Origin: an uncultured Clostridia bacterium
GTDB lineage: Bacteria > Bacillota > Clostridia > Christensenellales > DTU072
DNA length: 64,000 nt
NCBI GenBank assembly: GCA_944331875.1
Contig: CALVJA010000011.1
Span: 417-64,416 of the forward strand
Direction of reading: 5' to 3'
Positions 11,496 to 19,882 of the stretch are shown piece by piece; position 1 is the stretch's first letter; every line of letters starts with the position of its first letter. The notes under the pieces were generated by a model. The model made no database searches, was not told the origin of the DNA, and worked only from the letters and a program-made list of their open reading frames with translations. Position numbers and translations under genes: made by a program.

Positions 11496-12950
11496 TCAAT
11501 ATAATGTGTTTTCGTAGAGCCGCTTGAAAAATTGTGTGCCTTGAGCAAGCTGCGCAATATCCTGCCTTTCGTTCAGCCCGTGTATCCTGTTCGCGTCCTC
11601 GACGGTCTTTTCGAAGGGGGTGAAACGATACACGTTATTCGTCAGACGGTAATAATGCTTCGCGTCCGACGCGGCTATGAACGGATAGGGCGCGACGATA
11701 TAGCCGTTGAACACTTCGTCGATGGTTTTTGCAAGCAGTTTATATGCCTCGGAATCGGTGTCCGAAACAGGGGAGGGATCGATGCTTCCTTCGAGCGTTG
11801 AAATTTTTACGTGATTGCCGACCGTTTTTTGAATGTGCGCCCTGACCTCTTCGACGGTTTCTCCGGTGTTTATTCTGGCGTTCACCGTGCCCCGAGCCAC
11901 CCCGGGGAGCGTATTCGGAGTGCTGGCGCCCTCGGCCTGCGTGGGCGCAAGAGTGGTGCGCATCAAGCAGTTCGTGAACGGGCTCACCAGGCACAGAACG
12001 GGTTTCAAAAGCGCGGAAAGGATGTCGCGGTTGGCGAGCGCCAGCCTGAAGCCGAAATTCATGTAGGGCGCGAGAGCCTTGAACATTTCTTTTGTGGGCT
12101 GCGTCCAGAAGGGGCGCATTTTTTTCTTTTCTACCCTGTATAGAGCCTCGCCCAAAAGTCCTACCGCGGTGCGGCGCGTGGGTGCGGAGGCGTGACCGCC
12201 GTCTTTTTCTATTTCCAATATAAAATCGGCGTAGCCCTTTTCACAGGTGCCTACGAGCGCTATCTTGTTGTCTATTCCGAGCAGCTTACCGTCCAATATC
12301 GTGCCGCCCTCGTCGATGACGTACTCGAGCCGCACGTTTTGCGCCTCAAGGTACTTGCTTATCTCCAGCGCGCCGTATGTACCCCTCAGCTCCTCGTCGT
12401 GACCGAAGCAGAACAATAACGTGCGCCGAGGCTTTTTACCCTCTTTCAGCAGTATCTCAAGCCCCTCGAGCGCCGCTATCATCTGCGACTTCATGTCCTG
12501 CGAGCCTCTGCCCCAGACATATCCGTCCTTTATGACTCCGCCGAACGGGTCGACTTCCCAGCCCTCGGGCTCTGCGGGAACGACGTCCTGGTGCGCCAAA
12601 ACCGCCGCAGGCAACAACTCGGGATCGCTGCCCGCAACTTTGTATATCACCGCGTACTTGTTGACGTTCGTCTTTTCCGCAGCCGCCATGACTGCGGGGA
12701 AGGTAGTTTCGAGATATTTTTGATATTCGAAAAAAATGCTGCCGTCAGCGTCGTTGTCGGGAAGGGTAACGGTCTTTATCCTGACAGCCCCCTGAAGTTT
12801 ATTGCTTAGCGCGTCCCGATCGATATCCGCGGGCGTGTACTCGGAGCACGAACGCTCCGGCTTTCTGAGAGCGAGCGCGCGAATGATCATTATCGCAAGG
12901 AGAAGGAGCACCGCTCCTAAAATAACATATCCAATTATCTGTCCCGTCAT
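11496..12950 (-). CDS. M20 family peptidase (PM20D1/carboxypeptidase S-like) with N-terminal membrane anchor
   Basis: AHQDVVP, WGRGSQDMK, GHDEE, DEGG, GGHASAP, SDAKHY and RIHG motifs. Confidence 0.9.
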   Translation of the reverse strand: MTGQIIGYVILGAVLLLLAIMIIRALALRKPERSCSEYTPADIDRDALSNKLQGAVRIKTVTLPDNDADGSIFFEYQKYLETTFPAVMAAAEKTNVNKYAVIYKVAGSDPELLPAAVLAHQDVVPAEPEGWEVDPFGGVIKDGYVWGRGSQDMKSQMIAALEGLEILLKEGKKPRRTLLFCFGHDEELRGTYGALEISKYLEAQNVRLEYVIDEGGTILDGKLLGIDNKIALVGTCEKGYADFILEIEKDGGHASAPTRRTAVGLLGEALYRVEKKKMRPFWTQPTKEMFKALAPYMNFGFRLALANRDILSALLKPVLCLVSPFTNCLMRTTLAPTQAEGASTPNTLPGVARGTVNARINTGETVEEVRAHIQKTVGNHVKISTLEGSIDPSPVSDTDSEAYKLLAKTIDEVFNGYIVAPYPFIAASDAKHYYRLTNNVYRFTPFEKTVEDANRIHGLNERQDIAQLAQGTQFFKRLYENTLY

Positions 12951-13169
12951 ATCCGACCTCCGAAATTGATATATAAATTTTATACCATTTTGCCGAAAAA
13001 TGCAATAAGCCTTCTCCTTTATTGCGGATGTCGTTTTTTAAGTTCCTGAAAGAATGTATCCGCCATATATTCGGGTACCCGAACGGGCGCGAATTTCGTA
13101 TCCCGATAACAGTAAAAATCGCGCGGTTTGCAACCGCACTAACCGATTTTCGGTCAAATACGGGCGAAC

Positions 13170-13334
13170 TTATCCACAATTCAACAGGGTTATCAACATT
13201 TTTTTGTTGATAACTCCGTTGATAAGTTGACAAGCACAAAATTCGACATATAAATACGGAGTCGCGGCCGCGTTTAGGTATCCGAAACGCGGGCGATTTT
13301 TTAAGGCAACCGAATTCGCGGTTTTTTATCCAAA
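13170..13334. promoter_or_regulatory. Cluster of DnaA boxes
   Basis: TTATCCACA 13170-13178 (perfect), TTATCAACA 13190-13198, TGTTGATAA 13205-13213, CGTTGATAA 13217-13225, TTATCCAAA 13326-13334. Confidence 0.65.
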
Positions 13335-13506
13335 ACGTCGCACGGCGCGCATTTGATTACCTGTTCGGCGCAAGTTTCCGCCGAAGGATTTGGTATCGTA
13401 TATACGCGCGCGTGCGAATAAATTTTAGGATACATATTAAAATCGTTTGTATTTTTACCGTGTCGGGTCTAGAATATCTTTGTACGACACAGGAGATAAT
13501 CGAAAT

Positions 13507-14292
13507 ATGACAAACGTCGGGATCACCGTATTGGGGTTTACGATAATATTTTTGGCGACCACTTTGGGCGCCGCTATGGTGTTTTTGTTCAGGAAAGAAA
13601 TATCCCCGAAACTTAACACTGCGATTTTGGGATTTGCCGCAGGCGTGATGATAGCGGCAAGTATTTGGTCTTTGCTGCTTCCTTCGCTCGAGGGAGCGGC
13701 GGATTGGGGAAATCTCGCGTTTATCCCCGCGCTTGTAGGATTTTTGGCGGGCGGCTTGTTCATGGTCGTGTTGGACAAGTTGATCCCGCATCTGCATAAA
13801 TCCGGCATCGACGAGGGACTCAGAAATAACTTCAAGAAAACGACCAAACTGTTCATGGCGGTCACCATACACAATATACCCGAAGGGCTTGCCGTGGGAT
13901 TCGCTTTCGGCGGCGCTTTTGCCGACGGATCTACGGCGGCGTTCATGGGCGCGTTGGGGCTCGCGATAGGGATGTCGATACAGAACTTCCCCGAGGGCGC
14001 CGCGGTCGCGCTTCCCATGCGCTCGGTCACCGGGAGCAAGCTGAAAGCCTTCCTCTACGGTACGGGGACCGGCGTTGTGGAACCGATATTCGCGGTGGTA
14101 GGTTATTTCCTCGCCGCGTCTTTGACGGCGGCGCAGCCGTGGTTCATGGCGTTTGCGGCGGGGCTTATGATTTTCGTAGTCGCCGAGGACCTTATCCCCG
14201 ACGCGCATATCGAGGAAAATTCGCACCTCGGTACTTGGGGCGTTATGACAGGATTTGCGTTGATGATGGTGCTCGAAGTTGCGTTAAGTTGA
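13507..14292 (+). CDS. ZIP family divalent metal transporter (ZupT/GufA)
   Basis: LGFAAGVM, HNIPEGLAVG, QNFPEGAAVALP and EDLIP motifs; RBS AGGAG before ATG 13507. Confidence 0.92.
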   Translation: MTNVGITVLGFTIIFLATTLGAAMVFLFRKEISPKLNTAILGFAAGVMIAASIWSLLLPSLEGAADWGNLAFIPALVGFLAGGLFMVVLDKLIPHLHKSGIDEGLRNNFKKTTKLFMAVTIHNIPEGLAVGFAFGGAFADGSTAAFMGALGLAIGMSIQNFPEGAAVALPMRSVTGSKLKAFLYGTGTGVVEPIFAVVGYFLAASLTAAQPWFMAFAAGLMIFVVAEDLIPDAHIEENSHLGTWGVMTGFALMMVLEVALS

Positions 14293-14422
14293 TTTCTTTG
14301 CCGAAAAAGATGTTTAAAAATTGCTTTGAAAGGAACTTATAAGCAAAGTAGTGAAAAAGAGTGCATTCGACCGAATGCGCTTTTTTCACAAGGTGAGATA
14401 TAATTTCGGCAAAGAAATCAAC
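14288..14422 (+). repeat. ~135-bp MITE/REP-like element with terminal inverted repeats, copy 1
   Basis: GTTGATTTCTTTGCCGAAA (14288-14306) / TTTCGGCAAAGAAATCAAC (14404-14422) with an internal hairpin. Confidence 0.85.
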
Positions 14423-14997
14423 ACCACCGCTTTGCGCCTCTTTTCCGCCGTATCGCACGAAATTACTTAAAGCCTTTAATATCACCCCGTTTTGGAGACC
14501 AAAACGGGGCGCGGACGGCGCATAGTCCACTATAGCGCCGCCCGCGTTTCGTGCGATACGACAAAAAATAGTCTGCAAATCGGCGCTACGTATGCTTATC
14601 GTGGCGACAAAGTACACAGTGAACTGTTTTCTTCTTTCATGCAAAACACAAGTACAAGCAAACTGCTGTTCATGGCTAAAGCAAATCGGTGCCGAACACT
14701 CCATTCAAAGAAAACACTAATATTGGCGAACTGCTGTTCATGGCTCCAAAGTAAAAAACGCAAAAGCCGATATTACGCCTACAGCCGTAGATTTTCGGGT
14801 GATATAATTCGACAAAAGAATATTAGGAAGTCCCGTGTCGGTGAAGCGGAAATTTTAGCGTTTTGCGGCTGGAGATTTTTCGTTAATGCGAAGAAAACTT
14901 CCGACGTTAATACCCGGAGGGTCTTAACTAGGAAGTTTTCAAAGCAGTAGCGGAAAAGATACGCTGCAAAGCGTTAAAATTTCCGCTGAGCCGACAC
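14423..14997 (+). repeat. Mosaic intergenic palindromic repeat block
   Basis: Shares TTTGGAGACCAAA, AAATCGG..TATGCT..TCGTGGCGACAA..TACACAGTG, CTGCTGTTCAT and TATTACGCCTACAGCCGTAGATTTTCGGGTGAT modules with 16730-16975 and/or 30014-30360. Confidence 0.85.
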
Positions 14998-15010
14998 AAA
15001 AAGCCGATTT

Positions 15011-15091
15011 ATTTCACAACGCGCCCGTTACGGCTTGTTTACCTACCCTCGGGCGCGTTATTTCACAATTCCGCTTGCGGAATTATTTCAC
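15011..15091. repeat. ATTTCAC-punctuated hairpin array, copy 1
   Basis: ATTTCAC at 15011, 15060 and 15085, each pair separated by an inverted repeat. Confidence 0.8.
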
Positions 15092-15130
15092 TTTTTTTTG
15101 GCACCGCTTTGCCGCCACAGAAAACAAAAA

Positions 15131-15160
15131 TTGACATTATATGTGTTATCCGGTTATAAT
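15131..15160 (+). promoter_or_regulatory. Sigma-A promoter
   Basis: TTGACA-18-TATAAT upstream of the RBS/ATG at 15212. Confidence 0.8.
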
Positions 15161-15211
15161 AGTTATGATTTAACGGGCGGAAACGCAGATGACTCCGTTC
15201 GGAGGGTGGCA

Positions 15212-16612
15212 ATGGCATCGGGACATTGGGTTATATTGAAGCGGTTGAATACCGGATATGCAGAGTGGGGCTTGAAAGAGGGCTCATTGGGCTATGTGTC
15301 GGGCATTCAATGGAATGTTACCAAGTTGTGGGTCAGTTTTTACGGAGAAAAATTATGGGACGCAATATACGGCGGGTATACGGATGAAGTCTTAGTGAAG
15401 GTAGATAAAGCCGATCTGGAAATACTATCGCGGGATGCGGTCGAATATGGGCAGTATTCGGATCAAATAAAAAAGCTGGAAGCCGAATCGGAAATCCCCT
15501 GGCGGGAGAGCGGCGGCTGGGTAATATTGAAGCGTTTAAGAGCGGAATACGCGGAAAAAGGCGTAAAAAAGGGCGCGTTGGGAACATTGGTATCTTATGA
15601 ACATAACCAAAATCATTTCAAGGTGAGGTTCTACGGCGATAAATGCCAAAACGCAGAGGGGGACTCGGTTACTTCCGTTACGAAATTAGAGGTATTCGAC
15701 GAGGATGTTGAGAAAATATTTCCGGATTCTCCCGCCGCCCGGCCTTACACCGAAAGGATACGGGAGCTGGAACATGAATTCGAGAATTGGCGGATCAATA
15801 GATACGAATGGGTAAAATTGACGCGCTCGAGACCGGAGTACGCCGCAGAGGGTGTCAAAGAGGGCGCTATCGGAATAGTTAAGGAAGGTTGCTATGACGG
15901 AACTTTTGCCTCCGTGTTGTTTTTAGAAGACATGACCCGGGACGAAGACGGCGCTTTCTTTACGGAGTTCAAGAAGCTTGACGTCAAGTCGGCGGATCTG
16001 AAAATAATATCGCCTGAGTTCTGTCCCGGTCCCGACGCGGAAAAAGTCATGAGGTCGGACGAGGAATTCAAAAATAGCGGTATTGAGGAATATGACTGGG
16101 TGAAGGTTCTTCGCACAAGAGAAGAATATGCCGAAAAAGGCGTCAAAAAAGGCGACTTCGGTTATGTGACATTTGCATTGCCCGAGGATCCGACCGCACA
16201 TGTGAAATTTTTCGGAGAAAGGCGTTTAGACCCCGGTAACGGATGGGTGCGGGATGACTTCTATATCAACATATATAAGGAAGATTTGAAAAAAGTGCCG
16301 CGTGACCCCGATCGTACCGATCCCGATACGGAAGAAGCGCTCAGGATCGAAGAACGAGTCCGTAACATGGAGCCTGTACAAAATGATTTGGTGGAAGTTA
16401 TACGCTTAAGACCAGAATATTCGGAACACAATGTGAAAATAGGCAGCCGGGGAATGATTGAATTTACGTCGGATAGATACGCTACCGCGTGGGTGGTGAT
16501 AGACGCCGAACGACATTATGACGAGGCGCTCGGCAAATATTATTGGGATGACTACGATGACCTAAATATATATCTCGATGATTTGAGGAAAATTGATTTC
16601 TTTGCCGAATGA
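15212..16612 (+). CDS. Hypothetical protein with five tandem ~90-100 aa repeats (DUF4926-like)
   Basis: Five copies of WVxLxRxRxEYAExGVKxGxxGxV; RBS GGAGGG before ATG 15212. Confidence 0.7.
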   Translation: MASGHWVILKRLNTGYAEWGLKEGSLGYVSGIQWNVTKLWVSFYGEKLWDAIYGGYTDEVLVKVDKADLEILSRDAVEYGQYSDQIKKLEAESEIPWRESGGWVILKRLRAEYAEKGVKKGALGTLVSYEHNQNHFKVRFYGDKCQNAEGDSVTSVTKLEVFDEDVEKIFPDSPAARPYTERIRELEHEFENWRINRYEWVKLTRSRPEYAAEGVKEGAIGIVKEGCYDGTFASVLFLEDMTRDEDGAFFTEFKKLDVKSADLKIISPEFCPGPDAEKVMRSDEEFKNSGIEEYDWVKVLRTREEYAEKGVKKGDFGYVTFALPEDPTAHVKFFGERRLDPGNGWVRDDFYINIYKEDLKKVPRDPDRTDPDTEEALRIEERVRNMEPVQNDLVEVIRLRPEYSEHNVKIGSRGMIEFTSDRYATAWVVIDAERHYDEALGKYYWDDYDDLNIYLDDLRKIDFFAE

Positions 16613-16728
16613 AAAATTAATAAATTGCTTTGGATGGAACTTATAAGCCAAGTAGTGAAAAAGGGTTCATTCGTTTGAATGAACTTTTTTTCATAAGGTG
16701 AGACCTGATTCGGCAAAGAAATCAATTT
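16590..16728 (+). repeat. MITE/REP-like element, copy 2
   Basis: 21-bp inverted repeats AAATTGATTTCTTTGCCGAAT / ATTCGGCAAAGAAATCAATTT; interior homologous to copy 1. Confidence 0.85.
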
Positions 16729-16990
16729 ACCACCGCTTTACCGTGTCTTTCGGGCTCTTTTGTGCGAAATCTCCGACCCCTGTTTGGAGACCAAATAGGG
16801 GCGGCTCGGTCGAGTATGGTATACACTTCCCTCGCCGTTTCGCACAAAATAGCTCCGAAATCCACAGCAAATCGGTGCCGAGTATGCTTATCGTGGCGAC
16901 AAAATACACAGTGGACTGTGTTCTCCTTTCATGGAAAACACTAGTATAAGCGAGCTGCTGTTCATAGCTTAAAAGAATCGGTGCTATACA
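16729..16990 (+). repeat. Mosaic intergenic repeat block
   Basis: Collinear with 14423-14700. Confidence 0.8.
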
Positions 16991-17423
16991 CGCTCTACAT
17001 TGCGACAAGATACACAGTATACCAAACAGCTCTATAATGGAAAACACTATTATGGGCGAAAAGGAAAACAAACTTTAAACTGCCAAGCCATGTAATCGGA
17101 GGGGGGTTACGTTGACACTTCACCCCCGGCGATTAAATGCTCTGCTAACGCTCCGCGCGCCTCCCCCATTAAAATGGCTTGGGGATATGCTGTTAAAGGA
17201 ATAATATGCTTTGTGTATTACGGGAAAGGGAAAAGCTATGTGCGAAACCGAAGTTATCCACATATTCATCCACTAAACACTAAAAAAGACTTTCGATTCA
17301 AGGCACAACAAACAGCAAACACAAAAGCGCTACTACCATATAAAGCAAAGAACGACCATGTCCCTATACTTTCATATGGGGCGGGCGGGTGGGACATTAA
17401 TCTAAAGACCGCATACATACAAA

Positions 17424-17895
17424 CACCGCGCTCGCGCGGTGACTCGCCGAAAGAAATTCAACCAAGCAATAAAGGAATTTCTTTCGGCGAAAAAGGCGCC
17501 GGGAAGCGTAAGATTGGGGCACATCGTCGATGTAATGTAAATTTTATTAGTGAAGTGTTGCGTTATAAGTCAATACTTCGCTAAAAACATTTAAGTGCCA
17601 CAAGCCAAAAGCTTCCGACGGCGCCGTGGCAAGGACAGCGCGTATAGCATACGCGCCGACGCTGCCCCCGTTTGGTCTCCAAAGCGGGGGTCGTAGATTT
17701 CATACAAAGCCATAAAGATTATCTTGCTTGTATTAGTGTTTTCCCTTACATAGGTGTTTGGCGGCAGATTGCCGTAGATTTGCGAGCTATTTTCCGCAAA
17801 ACGGGAGGGAAGTGTATAGCATACTCGACCGATCCGCCTCCCACGGAGGTCGTAGATTTTGCGGAAAAGAGCCGCAAAGATGCGGCAAGATGTCG
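17424..17895. repeat. Mosaic intergenic repeat block including a 130-nt imperfect palindrome
   Basis: Matches 10948-11004 (inverted), 11261-11330 (direct) and 16730-16880 (inverted); palindrome at 17495-17625. Confidence 0.75.
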
Positions 17896-18034
17896 GGAAT
17901 TGATTTCTTTGCCGAATCAGGTCTCACCTTATGAAAAAAAGCGCATTCGGTCGAATGCACTTTTTCTCATCACTTGGCTTATTAGTTCCTTCCAAACTTC
18001 TAATTTACATCTTTTCGGCAAAGAAATCAATTCC
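17896..18034 (-). repeat. MITE/REP-like element, copy 3 (inverted)
   Basis: 21-bp inverted repeats GGAATTGATTTCTTTGCCGAA / TTCGGCAAAGAAATCAATTCC; interior is the reverse complement of copies 1 and 2. Confidence 0.85.
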
Positions 18035-18050
18035 GTGTTATAATGGGGGT

Positions 18051-18830
18051 ATGATATTCACCGGTCCGCATTGGTTTACGGGAGTTTTTCAGATGGTTTT
18101 CGCCGCGGTCGAAGTGATCTTCGCCGTGAGAGTCTTGAACCGGCGCCCGTATTTCAGAAAAGCAGTCATATACGCGATAGGGTATTGGATACTTTCGTAT
18201 AAGTTTTCCGAATATATCGGCGGTACCGCGGTACCCGTCGATTTTTCCGCCGTCGCGTATTTTATGTGCGGATTCGCGGTGTTGTTCCCGGGAAGGATAA
18301 CGTATCTCATCGGCGCGTTCTGCGGGTTGATAGCGGGGGTAATGTACGTTACGACGATGTCTTTGGCGCCCGAGATCCATTACGGAATAGGCAGCAATTC
18401 GTTTACCACTATAGCCGCGCTTTTGAATCACAATCTGTTGTTTTTGCTGTCGATGTCTATGTCCGCGGAGAAAAAATTCCGCTTGAAAGACGTCCATTGG
18501 ATACCGGGATACATTGCTATCTATATATTGTACGTCCAATTCGTTACGGCGCGTTATCCGGTAGGATCGTCCGTGACAACGCTGAAAATTTTGGACGGCA
18601 CGATAATAAACCTCGTCGCGCCCGAGTTCGCCTTGACCGCCGCGTATTATGTTTTTTATTATGTTTTCGTCGTCGCCGCGCTTGTAGGCATCATCTCGCT
18701 CGTATACTTTATCAACCGCCGTCTCCACGCCGAGAAACGATTTGTCGAAAGCGAACGCGATCTGCACTTTTCCGGTCGGGCAGACATGTATTTGAGAACG
18801 GGACGACGCTCCTGCCGACGCGCGAAGTAG
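18051..18830 (+). CDS. Integral membrane protein (YwaF/TMEM164-like), probably leaderless
   Basis: Multiple TM helices, PVDFSAVAY and LLNHNLL motifs; TGtTATAAT 6 nt before ATG 18051. The longer upstream frame lies inside the repeat. Confidence 0.65.
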   Translation: MIFTGPHWFTGVFQMVFAAVEVIFAVRVLNRRPYFRKAVIYAIGYWILSYKFSEYIGGTAVPVDFSAVAYFMCGFAVLFPGRITYLIGAFCGLIAGVMYVTTMSLAPEIHYGIGSNSFTTIAALLNHNLLFLLSMSMSAEKKFRLKDVHWIPGYIAIYILYVQFVTARYPVGSSVTTLKILDGTIINLVAPEFALTAAYYVFYYVFVVAALVGIISLVYFINRRLHAEKRFVESERDLHFSGRADMYLRTGRRSCRRAK

Positions 18831-18967
18831 TTGCCCCGATATTATGCTACAAACGTAAATTAGGTTAATTATTGGCGAGATCATCATTTTTGCGTTCTTT
18901 TCATCATTTTTCGATGCTTTGAGATGTCCCGAAATAAGGACAAGCGAATTTTACGTTTCCCTCGGGC

Positions 18968-18996
18968 TTGACTTTCGGTTATGTCGGTGATATATT
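18968..18996 (+). promoter_or_regulatory. Sigma-A promoter of the phage-like cluster
   Basis: TTGACT-17-TATATT with extended -10 TG. Confidence 0.75.
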
Positions 18997-19003
18997 TGAA
19001 ATG

Positions 19004-19017
19004 CGAACAAATGTTCG
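19004..19017. promoter_or_regulatory. LexA (SOS/Cheo) box
   Basis: CGAACAAATGTTCG matches the Firmicute consensus CGAAC-RNRY-GTTCG; located 7 nt downstream of the -10. Confidence 0.85.
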
Positions 19018-19049
19018 TAAATTGAACGCGACATACAGGAGGAAAACGG

Positions 19050-19535
19050 ATGCTCTCCGCCAAAACGGCAGAAATTTTATTGACGGTCTATCCCGAACTG
19101 AACGATCTGAAAAGGAGATATTTGTCCAAAGCGAAAAGATGCCTGAGTTTTGAATACAACTCGTCGGGGATAGACGCGGCGACGGTATTCGCGGAATTTT
19201 TCGCCGCGGCGGAAACGTATCGAAACCTAAAGCTGTTCGGTGACGCAATGAGCGCGGCGCTCGGCATTTTGTCGCCCGAGGAGAGGGCGGCGGTAAAAAG
19301 TTTTTATATGCTCGGCGAATCCGCCATGGCGGGAGCGAAGCGGTTCGGCATCGAAAAAACTACGTTCAGATCCGCAAAAAGGCGCGCTGTCAGAAAGTTA
19401 GGCGCATATATCGAGGTACTGGGGTTTGACGAAAAGCGGATATTGGAGTGCTTCGACTCGGAATACGCGTTCGTTGACGCCGCCGAGGAAGTGGAAGCAA
19501 GGTATGTAGCGGCGGCGCGGTTCAAAAGGCGATGA
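19050..19535 (+). CDS. RinA/ArpU-like (sigma-70 region 4 type HTH) late-gene regulator
   Basis: C-terminal half LSPEERAAVKSFY..GES....AKRFGIEKTTFRSAKRRAVRKL; RBS AGGAGG; position directly before terS. Confidence 0.65.
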   Translation: MLSAKTAEILLTVYPELNDLKRRYLSKAKRCLSFEYNSSGIDAATVFAEFFAAAETYRNLKLFGDAMSAALGILSPEERAAVKSFYMLGESAMAGAKRFGIEKTTFRSAKRRAVRKLGAYIEVLGFDEKRILECFDSEYAFVDAAEEVEARYVAAARFKRR

Positions 19536-19559
19536 AGCCGCCCGCGGGCGGTTTTTTTT
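19535..19559 (+). terminator. Intrinsic terminator between regulator and terS
   Basis: GCCGCC-cgcg-GGCGGT followed by a T run. Confidence 0.75.
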
Positions 19560-19576
19560 GTGGGAGAAAGCGGGAT

Positions 19577-19882
19577 ATGCGATCGAGATCGATACGGAAA
19601 ACGGACAGGGAGAAACTTCTGAGCGGGCTCATAAAACGCGCGGAGGGGTTGGAAGCGGAGGAGCGCGTCATCGAATACGTCGTCGACGAGGACGGCAACA
19701 GACGCGCCGTAAAGGAAAAAACGCAATATAAATATTATCCGCCCGACGTTTCCGCGGCAAAGGTGTGTCTGGAGCTGGAAAAGGGGAACGCGAACGCGTT
19801 TTCGGGGCTCAGCGACGAGGACCTAGATCGGGAAAAAATAAGGCTCATGGAGGAACTCAAAAGAATAAACGGCGGCTCATGA
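19577..19882 (+). CDS. Putative terminase small subunit
   Basis: LIKRAEGLEAEERVIEY...KYYPPDVSAA..L pattern typical of small terminases; upstream of terL. Confidence 0.65.
   Translation: MRSRSIRKTDREKLLSGLIKRAEGLEAEERVIEYVVDEDGNRRAVKEKTQYKYYPPDVSAAKVCLELEKGNANAFSGLSDEDLDREKIRLMEELKRINGGS

Noticed and set aside
14243-14950. ORFs 14243-14704 (-), 14492-14950 (+) and similar ORFs at 16698-17071, 17174-17584, 17672-18043, 29844-30183
   Set aside because: They lie in or among the non-coding palindromic repeat blocks, lack convincing RBSs, and resemble each other only through the repeats.
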